NCBI GenBank assembly: GCA_902601455.1
Contig: CACKNC010000006.1
Location: forward strand, 6,875-70,874
DNA: 64,000 nt
Direction: 5' to 3'
Source: an uncultured Alphaproteobacteria bacterium
Lineage (GTDB): Bacteria; Pseudomonadota; Alphaproteobacteria; HIMB59; GCA-002718135
In this document: positions 56,517 to 64,000 of the stretch, one piece after another
Numbering within the stretch: the stretch's first letter is position 1
How the letters are laid out: every line of letters starts with the position of its first letter
Translations under genes and position numbers: made by a program
Notes under the pieces: generated by a model
Seen by the model: the letters and a program-made list of their open reading frames with translations, nothing else
The model's database searches: none
What the model was told of the DNA's origin: nothing

Positions 56517-57889
56517 ATTGTATATGTCGGTATCTTTAATTGTCTTCCTAAACTTTTTATATCTTCAAGTACATCTCCATAAGTAAAACCTACATGATGC
56601 TCCAAACCACTTAAAAATAAATTTTTTATTTTCTTATGCGTATTGTCACCTAAACTGATTACTCCTGAAGTTCCTGAAAAAGAGTTTTTTCTTTTAAGAA
56701 CCTTTCCATTCATTACGATAAATTTTAGTTTATTTTCTGATTTTGAAACACGAAAAATTGTAATATCACCTGATTTAAATGCAAAGTTATGCAGAAGTGG
56801 CTTTCTTCTATTTGAGTGGACTGTGGCACTAGGGGTATTTTTTTCCGCCATACTTATAGGGGCAAGTCCACAATGCCAAAAAACAGTAGTGTTATCTTTT
56901 TCATCAACATCAACAATATCGACTAATAAAGAAGGTTTATTATTTAATTGATTTAATATGTTGCAGGTTAAACTTCCAAGTATATCAGCTTCACAAGCAG
57001 AGCTTATTTTATTTTCATTCATCATAGCCATTGGTCCGCAAGAAGCACAACCATATTCTGTAAACATCTCAGGCCAACAACGAACAGCAAATGCATCTAT
57101 ATTTTGTGTTTGTTGAATTTTTTCAAGACCATGAAATAGAGATATACTTTTATTCAATTCTTTTTGATTTACTTGATTGGTGTTTTTAAGATTTTTGCTT
57201 ATATCTTTCTTAGTTATAACGATTTCTTTTTTATCAACTTTACTTGAAATATTAAATAAACTCTGCAATTTTATTTTTATTATATTTGCATTAAATTTTG
57301 ATTTTAATTCTTCATTATTAAAATCACAAGTATCAAACCCTTCAGGTCTTTCACCAATAAGACCTAACTTTGGTTTCTTAAACACTATTTTTTTTTTATT
57401 AACTAATTTTAAATTTACTTTTTTTAAATAATTTTGCTTTGTAAAATTATTATTTGTTTTGATAAATTTCAATATTTCACTAGAAAACGACTGCTCATTA
57501 TTAGTGTAAATAATAAAGTTAGAATAAAATTTACTTTTAATTAAAGCATGTAATCCTAAATTTACTCCACAAAGAGAATTTAGTCTTAAGCGCTCACCTG
57601 ATCTTTTTTCTTTAAATGAAATAAAGATTATGGGTTTTTTAAATTTTTTAACAAAAGAAGAAATAAATTTTGCATCCGTAAAAGTTGATTGAATAACTAT
57701 AAATTTTGTACATTTGATTTTTTTAAAGTACTTAATTGCATTTTCACCAATTTTATCATTGGTTATTAAATCATTGAAAAAAACTACTTTTTTATTTAGT
57801 TTTGTAAGTGACTTTTTTGTTTTTACTAATTTTTTCTTTGCAAAATCTATATCAAAAGTTTCCCTTGCTAAACTAAAGCACCCAATCAT
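56513..57889 (-). CDS. L-fucose/L-arabinose isomerase-family aldose-ketose isomerase (specificity unknown)
   Basis: 458 aa. Blocks ASCGPMAMMNE, ACEADILGSLTC, VFWHCGLAP and LEHHVGFTYGD resemble the FucI/AraA C-terminal catalytic region. There are 4-nt and 1-nt overlaps with its neighbours. Confidence 0.55.
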   Translation of the reverse strand: MIGCFSLARETFDIDFAKKKLVKTKKSLTKLNKKVVFFNDLITNDKIGENAIKYFKKIKCTKFIVIQSTFTDAKFISSFVKKFKKPIIFISFKEKRSGERLRLNSLCGVNLGLHALIKSKFYSNFIIYTNNEQSFSSEILKFIKTNNNFTKQNYLKKVNLKLVNKKKIVFKKPKLGLIGERPEGFDTCDFNNEELKSKFNANIIKIKLQSLFNISSKVDKKEIVITKKDISKNLKNTNQVNQKELNKSISLFHGLEKIQQTQNIDAFAVRCWPEMFTEYGCASCGPMAMMNENKISSACEADILGSLTCNILNQLNNKPSLLVDIVDVDEKDNTTVFWHCGLAPISMAEKNTPSATVHSNRRKPLLHNFAFKSGDITIFRVSKSENKLKFIVMNGKVLKRKNSFSGTSGVISLGDNTHKKIKNLFLSGLEHHVGFTYGDVLEDIKSLGRQLKIPTYTI

Positions 57890-58908
57890 TAAAAACCTTT
57901 ATATACATTTTTAAAATTTATAGATTTTTTTTGAATTAATTTATTTGCTAAATACTTATCCAAAGACTGAGCATTTTTTTTTGTAAGTGTGTTTAGTTTT
58001 TTTATATAATTTGCACTTTCATTTCTCAAGCTTTGAGTAATTTTTTTGTAATTTGGATAATCTTTAAAAGCATCTAGCCAAATAGTTCTTCCCGCAAGAT
58101 ATCCAGAGGCACCATTTTTATAGGCTAATTTTAAGCAATTATAAAAAGATTTTTTACTCATTCCAGAAGAAAGCATGACCCATGGAATATCCTTAGTCGC
58201 TAAAGAAAGTTTTTTAAATGCTTCTTGAGTCGCTTTAGTAAATTTACCATTTTCTAATTTACTACTATCTACGGGACTTTCTAATTTAAAAATATCAACC
58301 TTGTATTTTACTTTGGAAAATTCTTTAACACTTTCTATTACGTGATTTTGATTTTTATTTTGTTGTTCTTTGTAATCTTTAGAGTAACCAGTTTCATTTT
58401 TAAATGGATAAACCAATAGTTCTAATAAAAAAGGTATATCATATTTTTCACATTGCCTGCCTATCATTTCAATATATTTTTTTTGATGCTTAATTGATTT
58501 TTGATCTGCATCAGGTCGATACCAAGCCAGTACTTTTACTGCATCACCACCTATTTTTTTTATTTTTTCAACTGTCCAATTGTTTATATTTTTTGAATAT
58601 CTTCCTTTGCCTTTTTCTGCAAAAGTATGATCCTCCAACGTAACTATTAATCCATTACTCTTGCTAGTATGGATCAGGTTTGGAATTGAATAAACAGGGT
58701 CCATTAATATTGCACTAGAATGCTTAGAGAGGTTTTCTGATATGTGTTTTTTAAACTTAACAACATCATCAAAATTGTAATTCTTTTTTTTCTGTTTAAT
58801 GATATTGAAAATCGGTGGTCTCTGATCAATAGCCAGCATCTCTAAATGATTGTAATTATTACATATTTTTTTAATATGTACGTATTTACCAGTTGTATAA
58901 GTTTTCAT
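57889..58908 (-). CDS. Class I aldolase of the LacD / YihT (tagatose-bisphosphate / sulfofructose-phosphate aldolase) family
   Basis: 339 aa. Blocks LEMLAIDQR, SAILMDPVY, GGDAVKVLAWYRPD, IFKLESP (Schiff-base Lys region), IPWVMLSSGM and GASGYLAGRTIW are co-linear with the conserved blocks of E. coli YihT/LacD as I remember them. Confidence 0.75.
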   Translation of the reverse strand: MKTYTTGKYVHIKKICNNYNHLEMLAIDQRPPIFNIIKQKKKNYNFDDVVKFKKHISENLSKHSSAILMDPVYSIPNLIHTSKSNGLIVTLEDHTFAEKGKGRYSKNINNWTVEKIKKIGGDAVKVLAWYRPDADQKSIKHQKKYIEMIGRQCEKYDIPFLLELLVYPFKNETGYSKDYKEQQNKNQNHVIESVKEFSKVKYKVDIFKLESPVDSSKLENGKFTKATQEAFKKLSLATKDIPWVMLSSGMSKKSFYNCLKLAYKNGASGYLAGRTIWLDAFKDYPNYKKITQSLRNESANYIKKLNTLTKKNAQSLDKYLANKLIQKKSINFKNVYKGF

Positions 58909-58960
58909 TAAAGATTCAGTGTTTGATTTTACACAATTATTTTTTTTAATAATAGAATAG

Positions 58961-58993
58961 ATTGATAAAACAAGATTTTATTTTTTTATCAAT
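58961..58993. promoter_or_regulatory. Inverted repeat ATTGATAAAA-N13-TTTTATCAAT in the divergent promoter region
   Basis: Read directly. The arms are 10-bp exact reverse complements at 58961-58970 and 58984-58993. Confidence 0.45.
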
Positions 58994-59147
58994 TGTTTAT
59001 TTATTAAAATTATTACTTAAATACATAATTTCAATTGTTTAATTCATATTAGCAATTAAATTTCAATAATTTCTAGATAAATCCTCCTTTTTTTTGACTT
59101 GTATAAATAAACATTTTGGTTAATGTTAAAAAAAAATTGGAGGAAAT

Positions 59148-60422
59148 ATGATTAAATATTTTTTTAAAGCAGTTTCAGTAACTGCTATTACAATCTCCCT
59201 GACATTGGTTTCTGCAGTTTCTTTTGCTGCCACAGATGTAAGAATTATGTGGTATGGTGATGGTGACAAAGAAAATGTTCCAATTCAAGGACAAATAGAT
59301 GCATTTAATGCAGCTAACTCAGATATTAACGTTATTCTTGATATCGTACCTTACGATGCAATTATGAATACTTTACCTATTCAATTAGCAGCTGGTGAGG
59401 GACCTGATATCGCAAGAGTTACAGATCTAGGTGGTCTAAATAAATATTATGCTGATATCACACCGCATGTAGCTAATCCTCAATATTATGAAGATAGTTT
59501 TGGTCCTTTTTTAAAGTGGTACCGTAAGTCAGGAGACACAAGCTCAATTCATGGTTTTCATTCTACAATGACTGTTACAGGTCCTTATGTAAATAAAACT
59601 TTATTTGAACAAGCTGGCGTTGATCTGCTTGGTCCGGGTGCAACTTGGGCAGAATGGGCAGATGCAGCAAATGCAGTTGCAAGTAAACTAGATATTCCAA
59701 TTCCGATGGCTTGGGATAGATCAGGTCACCGTGTATCTGGTCCAGCAGTATCTATGGGCGCTCAATACTTTGATGCAAACGGTGATCCAAAATTAGTTGA
59801 TGATGGTCTAAAAGCTATGACTCAAATGCTTTATGACTGGCACCAAGATGGAACTATGTCTAAAGATCTTTGGGGTTCCGTATCAGGAACAAAATATCAT
59901 GCTCCTAATGATTGGTGGAATGCAGCTGAAGTTGTGTTTATGATGAGTGGATCTTGGCAAATTGGAAGATTTGCTAATGAAGTTGGAGATGACTTTGACT
60001 GGTGGGCAGTACCTGCTCCTTGTGGGCCTGCTGCTTGTACTGGAATGCCTGGTGGAAATGCATTGCTAGCTTTTACAGCAAATGATGCTGTAGGAAGAGT
60101 AATGGACTATCTATCAAGTAAAGAGCAATTAGGTGCATTTATTGGAGAAGTTCTTGCAATACCAGGACATCTAGATTTACCTGTTGATTATCAAACAGAT
60201 GATGCAAATGCAAAACATGCACTAGAAACTTTTGCTGGTGCTGTACCTACAATTGATCAAGTTGCTTTTGATCTTCAGGCGCATGTAGATAACCGTATTA
60301 TGTTCAATGCAATCATTTCAAGATTAGGTCAAGCGATAGTTGGAGAGATGTCTCTGGAAGAAGCTTGGGTTAAAATGGATGAGGATGTTGAAAAACAACT
60401 TAAAGAAAAATACGGCGGTTAA
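59148..60422 (+). CDS. ABC transporter substrate-binding protein, family 1 (CUT1 sugar type)
   Basis: 424 aa. Signal peptide MIKYFFKAVSVTAITISLTLVSAVSFA and RBS GGAGG. It is followed by MalF/MalG-type permeases. Confidence 0.85.
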   Translation: MIKYFFKAVSVTAITISLTLVSAVSFAATDVRIMWYGDGDKENVPIQGQIDAFNAANSDINVILDIVPYDAIMNTLPIQLAAGEGPDIARVTDLGGLNKYYADITPHVANPQYYEDSFGPFLKWYRKSGDTSSIHGFHSTMTVTGPYVNKTLFEQAGVDLLGPGATWAEWADAANAVASKLDIPIPMAWDRSGHRVSGPAVSMGAQYFDANGDPKLVDDGLKAMTQMLYDWHQDGTMSKDLWGSVSGTKYHAPNDWWNAAEVVFMMSGSWQIGRFANEVGDDFDWWAVPAPCGPAACTGMPGGNALLAFTANDAVGRVMDYLSSKEQLGAFIGEVLAIPGHLDLPVDYQTDDANAKHALETFAGAVPTIDQVAFDLQAHVDNRIMFNAIISRLGQAIVGEMSLEEAWVKMDEDVEKQLKEKYGG

Positions 60423-60444
60423 TCCTCTTTTTAAATAAATAATG

Positions 60445-60472
60445 AAGCTGCTCAATTTGAGCAGCTTTTTTT
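60445..60472 (+). terminator. Intercistronic stem-loop plus T-run after the binding-protein gene
   Basis: AAGCTGCTC (60445-60453) pairs with GAGCAGCTT (60459-60467), followed by TTTTT. Confidence 0.7.
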
Positions 60473-60484
60473 CTAATAAATCAG

Positions 60485-61516
60485 ATGAAAAATATAAGAA
60501 TTAATATTAAAAATTTCTTCATAAGAGTTTTCAATATCCCATTTGCATTTTTAATGCATGCTATTGATATTATAATGTGGCCAATACAAAAAATAGTTGG
60601 TGTAAGAAATATGCCTTATATTTTTTTATTACCTAATTTATTTTTTTTTGGTTTATTTGTCATCGTACCACTAGGAGTGAATGTGGCTTTTTCTGTTACT
60701 GGTGGTGATGAATTACTATTTGCGAATAGAGAATTTTCTGGGGCCAAACACTACAATTATTTGTTTGATTGTGAAAATTATTTAAATGCAAATACCTGTA
60801 CAGAAGATTTTTTTTGGAGAGGAGTTCATAACACAATATTTTTTGTAATCTTTCAAGTTGGTTTAATGATTTTCTTTTCACTATTAACGGCTGTAATTTT
60901 AAATAAAAAAATTATAGGAAGAGGTTTCTTTAGGTCAGTATTTTTTTTCCCAGTTTTATTATCTCCAGTAGTAGTTGGTTTAATATGGCAATGGATATTA
61001 CTTAAAAACGGAATACTTAATGCTTTTATTGAAGCAAATGGTGGAGACAAATTTTCATTTTTAACTGATCCTGGATGGGCAATGACTTCAAGTATCTTTG
61101 TGTCAATATGGGCGCATATGGGTTTTTATACATTAATTGTATTAGCAGGACTTCAGGCAATACCTCCAAATCTATATGAGGCTGCTGAAATGGATGGAAC
61201 TAGTAGAGAGAGAACTTTCTTTAGAATAACCTTACCTCTTTTAATGCCCAACCTACTTGTTGTGTTTATACTTGCATCTATCAAAGGAGTGCAAACATTT
61301 GATGAAATATATGTTTTAACAGGAGGAGGACCTGGAACTTCAACATCGCTAATAGTTCAATACATTTTTACTACAGGTTTTGCTTCATCAGGATCTGTTC
61401 AAAACTTTGGTCTTGCTGCTGCAGCATCTATGGTTTTAGGTGTTGTGCTATTACTTTTAACTTTAATTCAACTTTACTTATCAAGAAGTAGAGAAAACAA
61501 ACACCAAGAGATTTAA
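60485..61516 (+). CDS. ABC transporter permease (MalF/UgpA-like)
   Basis: 343 aa with EAA loop YEAAEMDGTSRERTFFRITLPLLMP. Confidence 0.85.
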   Translation: MKNIRINIKNFFIRVFNIPFAFLMHAIDIIMWPIQKIVGVRNMPYIFLLPNLFFFGLFVIVPLGVNVAFSVTGGDELLFANREFSGAKHYNYLFDCENYLNANTCTEDFFWRGVHNTIFFVIFQVGLMIFFSLLTAVILNKKIIGRGFFRSVFFFPVLLSPVVVGLIWQWILLKNGILNAFIEANGGDKFSFLTDPGWAMTSSIFVSIWAHMGFYTLIVLAGLQAIPPNLYEAAEMDGTSRERTFFRITLPLLMPNLLVVFILASIKGVQTFDEIYVLTGGGPGTSTSLIVQYIFTTGFASSGSVQNFGLAAAASMVLGVVLLLLTLIQLYLSRSRENKHQEI

Positions 61517-62581
61517 ATGGGCAATACTGCAAGTTTAATTAAAAATATTGTTACCCAAAAAAAATATAAAGAAAAATATCATTGGACAGATTATTTTTCT
61601 TATTTTTATCTCTTCTTAGGTGTGTTTCTAATGTTTGGTCCAATAATTTGGTTGGGATTATCTTCCGTTAAAACTCTTGCAGGTATTCAAGAGTACCCAC
61701 CAACTATCCTTCCGCTTTCACAAATACAAGTTGAAGTAGATGGATATGAAAAACCACTATCGCTATATAATGTAACATTAGAGGATGGGAGTACAAAAGA
61801 GTTAGCTGAAATTAAAAGAGTTGGAATTACTTCTAAGATGGTAGATCCAAAAGATACTGAAAAAAAATATAAAATACCAATTGATAAAAGAGAAAAAATA
61901 AGAGAGTTTAGTGTGCAGTGGGACAATTATTTAGACCCACTAAGAAAGTATAATTTTTTACTATATTTCAAGAATTCAATTTTCGTTACTGTTATTGCTA
62001 CAATAATAACACTTATAATAAATTCTATGGCAGCTTATGCTCTTTCCATTTATGAGTTTAGAGGAAAGAATATAGCTCTTGTTTTTGTAATTGGTACTTT
62101 GTTAATTCCTCTTACAATTATTTTAGTACCTGTCTTTTATGTTATTGCAAATTTTGGAATGATTAATTCTTTATGGGGGGTTATTTTGCCTGGGGCAGCA
62201 ACACCCACTGGTGTATTTTTATTAAGGCAATATATGTTAACTTTGCCAAGAGAACTAATTGAAGCTGCAAGGATGGATCATGCCAGTGAGTGGGCAATTT
62301 ATTGGCGTATTGTGTTACCATTATCAATTCCTGCGATAGCTGTTTTAGCAATATTCTCAATTATGTGGAGATGGAACGATTTCTTATGGCCGCTTATTGT
62401 TCTCTCAAAAAGTGAAGTTTATACTTTGCAAATTGCCTTAAATGCTTTTCATGGAGAATTAACAAGTCAATGGAATTATGTGTTGGCAATGACTATGGTT
62501 ACTCTGCTACCTATTGCTTTAATTTTTACATACCTTCAAAAATTTATAACAACTGGCATAGCTAGTACAGGTATGAAATAA
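61517..62581 (+). CDS. ABC transporter permease (MalG/UgpE-like) with a long periplasmic loop
   Basis: 354 aa with EAA loop IEAARMDHASEWAIYWRIVLPLSIP. A soluble loop of about 100 aa follows TM1. Confidence 0.85.
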   Translation: MGNTASLIKNIVTQKKYKEKYHWTDYFSYFYLFLGVFLMFGPIIWLGLSSVKTLAGIQEYPPTILPLSQIQVEVDGYEKPLSLYNVTLEDGSTKELAEIKRVGITSKMVDPKDTEKKYKIPIDKREKIREFSVQWDNYLDPLRKYNFLLYFKNSIFVTVIATIITLIINSMAAYALSIYEFRGKNIALVFVIGTLLIPLTIILVPVFYVIANFGMINSLWGVILPGAATPTGVFLLRQYMLTLPRELIEAARMDHASEWAIYWRIVLPLSIPAIAVLAIFSIMWRWNDFLWPLIVLSKSEVYTLQIALNAFHGELTSQWNYVLAMTMVTLLPIALIFTYLQKFITTGIASTGMK

Positions 62582-63594
62582 TGAATTCTAAACCTACAAT
62601 TATATTTGACCCATATCCACGAAATGAAGAAATGGTGTTTACAACAGATGTTGAAAAAGAATTAAATAAAATATCAAAATTAGTATCACATTTTGGAAGT
62701 AGAGCTCCCGATAATTTAGTTGAAGAAAACTTATCAGATACTGAAATTATCGTCGGACAAACAAGTATGCCTAAAGAACGATTGGATAAGGCAAAGAAAT
62801 TAAAAGCAATAATAAACGTAAAATGTAATTGGGAACCAAATATCGATTACATAGAAGCTCATAAAAAAGGAATTTATGTTTTATCTGCAGCGCCAGCTAT
62901 GGCCCCAGCAGTTGCGGAAGCATGCGTTGGATATGCAATAGCTTTATCTAGAGGAACTATACAAAATTATAATAAGTTTCTTAAATCAGAAGAAAAGTAT
63001 GGAATTAAAGGAAATGGAAAAGCATATTCTTTATTTAATTCTAATGTAGGTTTTATTGGTTTTGGAAATTTAGCAAAAAATCTTTTACCTCTGCTAAAGC
63101 CTTTCAATTGTAATATTTCTGTTTATGATCCATGGCTATCTTACGAATATTTAGAGTCTCAAGGTGTAGATAGTGTGTCTTTAGAAAAACTATTATCAAA
63201 TAATAAATTCATTTTTATACTTGCTGGAGTAACAAGTGAAAATGAAGGCTTTATAAATAAAGAAAAATTAGAATTAATAGAGAAAGATAGCTCAGTTATT
63301 TTAGTGAGTAGAGCAGAGGTACTTGATTTTGATGAGTTTATTAATCTTGCTGAAAAAAATAAATTTAGAGCAGCAGTTGATGTTTTTCCAGAGGAACCAG
63401 TCCCTTCAGATGCATTTTTTAGAAAAGAGTCTAATATTTTATTTACGTCTCATGTTGCTGGCGCTATGCATTTTTCTTATAAAAATATTAGAGAAATGAT
63501 GATGGATGATATAAGACAAATTCTTAAGGGTATGCCACCTACGCGATTACAAAGAGCAGAACCACATCAGGCGATGTTGAGGAGAGATAGATGA
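62581..63594 (+). CDS. D-isomer-specific 2-hydroxyacid dehydrogenase-family protein
   Basis: 337 aa. NAD motif VGFIGFGNLAKNL, plus SRAEVLDFDEF and the catalytic His in FTSHVAGA. It is inserted between the permease and ATPase genes with 1-nt and 4-nt overlaps. Confidence 0.8.
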   Translation: MNSKPTIIFDPYPRNEEMVFTTDVEKELNKISKLVSHFGSRAPDNLVEENLSDTEIIVGQTSMPKERLDKAKKLKAIINVKCNWEPNIDYIEAHKKGIYVLSAAPAMAPAVAEACVGYAIALSRGTIQNYNKFLKSEEKYGIKGNGKAYSLFNSNVGFIGFGNLAKNLLPLLKPFNCNISVYDPWLSYEYLESQGVDSVSLEKLLSNNKFIFILAGVTSENEGFINKEKLELIEKDSSVILVSRAEVLDFDEFINLAEKNKFRAAVDVFPEEPVPSDAFFRKESNILFTSHVAGAMHFSYKNIREMMMDDIRQILKGMPPTRLQRAEPHQAMLRRDR

Positions 63595-64000
63595 CTGAAA
63601 TAGTATTAAAAAATATATTTAAAAGTTATGATCAAACTGAAGTAATTCATGGTGTTGATTTAAAGGTTGAAAGTGGAAAATTCCTTGTATTAGTTGGCCC
63701 GTCTGGATGTGGAAAATCAACATTGTTAAGAATTATTGCTGGGTTGGAAAGAATTACATCAGGAGAAATATTAATTGAAGGAAATGAAGTAAGTAATATC
63801 CCAGCTTCTGAAAGAGGTCTTGCAATGGTATTTCAATCATACGCATTATATCCCCATATGTCGGTTTATAAAAATATGGCATTTTCTCTTGAGAACTTAA
63901 AAATTGACAAAAAAACAATTGAAGAAAAAGTAAATAGCGCAGCAAAACTTCTTCAAATTGAAGATTATCTTCAACGAAAACCAAAAGCTTTATCGGGTGG
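63591..64000 (+). CDS. ABC transporter ATP-binding protein, MalK/UgpC-like (partial, runs off the window)
   Basis: Not in the ORF track. Manual translation from ATG 63591 gives MTEIVLKNIFKSYDQTEVIHGVDLKVESGKFLVLVGPSGCGKSTLLRIIAGLE...MVFQSYALYPHMSVYKNMAF...LSGG, with Walker A, the Q-loop and the start of the signature. Confidence 0.9.
   Translation, partial: MTEIVLKNIFKSYDQTEVIHGVDLKVESGKFLVLVGPSGCGKSTLLRIIAGLERITSGEILIEGNEVSNIPASERGLAMVFQSYALYPHMSVYKNMAFSLENLKIDKKTIEEKVNSAAKLLQIEDYLQRKPKALSG

Noticed and set aside
53600-58908. Reading the PfkB kinase + class I aldolase + Gfo/Idh/MocA oxidoreductase as a myo-inositol (iol) catabolic cluster.
   Set aside because: No IolE (xylose-isomerase-like dehydratase), IolB (cupin isomerase) or IolD (full-length roughly 600-aa TPP hydrolase) is present. 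The TPP genes here lack the middle domain. A mutarotase and an aldose-ketose isomerase point to a free aldose substrate.
1140-63984. About 30 short ORFs in the track (61-105 aa) lie antisense to, or out of frame within, long well-supported genes. Examples are 1140-1385, 3952-4257, 4523-4723, 7497-7697, 13520-13889, 15209-15430, 18005-18241, 26678-26950, 39177-39591, 56643-57914 and 63754-63984.
   Set aside because: Each is fully contained in a longer ORF with clear family motifs. Their translations are low-complexity and rich in I/F/L/K/S, as expected from the reverse frames of AT-rich coding DNA. None has a convincing RBS. 63754-63984 overlaps the Walker A/Q-loop region of the partial ABC ATPase.

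Overview
This window is visibly AT-rich (roughly 30% G+C by eye) and very densely packed. Many gene junctions are 1-4 nt stop/start overlaps. This looks like a streamlined marine alphaproteobacterial chromosome of the Pelagibacterales/SAR11 type, but that assignment is inferred from style and gene content only. I support about 60 CDSs. I found no rRNA, tRNA or CRISPR array, and no transposase, integrase, phage or defence-type genes. The left end (1-6.3 kb) is housekeeping: a MarR-OmpR-EnvZ operon, IlvE, MoaDE, PgsA and UvrC. The rest is an unusually concentrated set of transporter and catabolic modules that converge on organosulfur metabolism. (1) Xsc sits next to a GMC flavoprotein and a TRAP importer, which resembles an isethionate module. 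(2) A Rieske oxygenase, an OYE/FAD flavoprotein and a CMD-family protein form one operon. (3) cysQ-cysD-cysNC encodes PAPS synthesis. (4) A LacI-associated block holds a CUT1 ABC importer, a HisD-family dehydrogenase (HpsN candidate), a bicupin, three tandem-NTF2 (SnoaL-like) paralogs, a MetE-like Zn methyltransferase, HAD proteins and an SDR. (5) A pta / omega-aminotransferase / ald / ureohydrolase block resembles a taurine module. (6) A cytoplasmic Cys-type sulfatase and a second MetE-like gene lie divergent from a large Opp/Dpp-type ABC importer. (7) The most interesting part is a sugar cluster with mutarotase, sulfopyruvate decarboxylase ComDE, PfkB kinase, two D-2-hydroxyacid dehydrogenases, a Gfo/Idh/MocA oxidoreductase, a FucI-family isomerase, a LacD/YihT-family class I aldolase and a second CUT1 importer. 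I read it as a candidate variant sulfoglycolysis route wired directly to desulfonation (ComDE -> Xsc -> Pta). Non-coding observations are as follows. Every transporter binding-protein gene is followed by an intrinsic-terminator-like hairpin. Several perfect palindromes with related half-sites sit in the promoter regions of different modules. A CG-centred LacI-type operator lies upstream of the TRAP operon. A degenerate relic of a MetE-like C-terminus forms a 50-bp direct repeat bracketing a single HAD gene. A 123-bp high-identity repeat lies at the 3' ends of the two Opp-type ATPase genes. All functional calls come from reading the translated sequences and recognising motifs, because no database search was possible.
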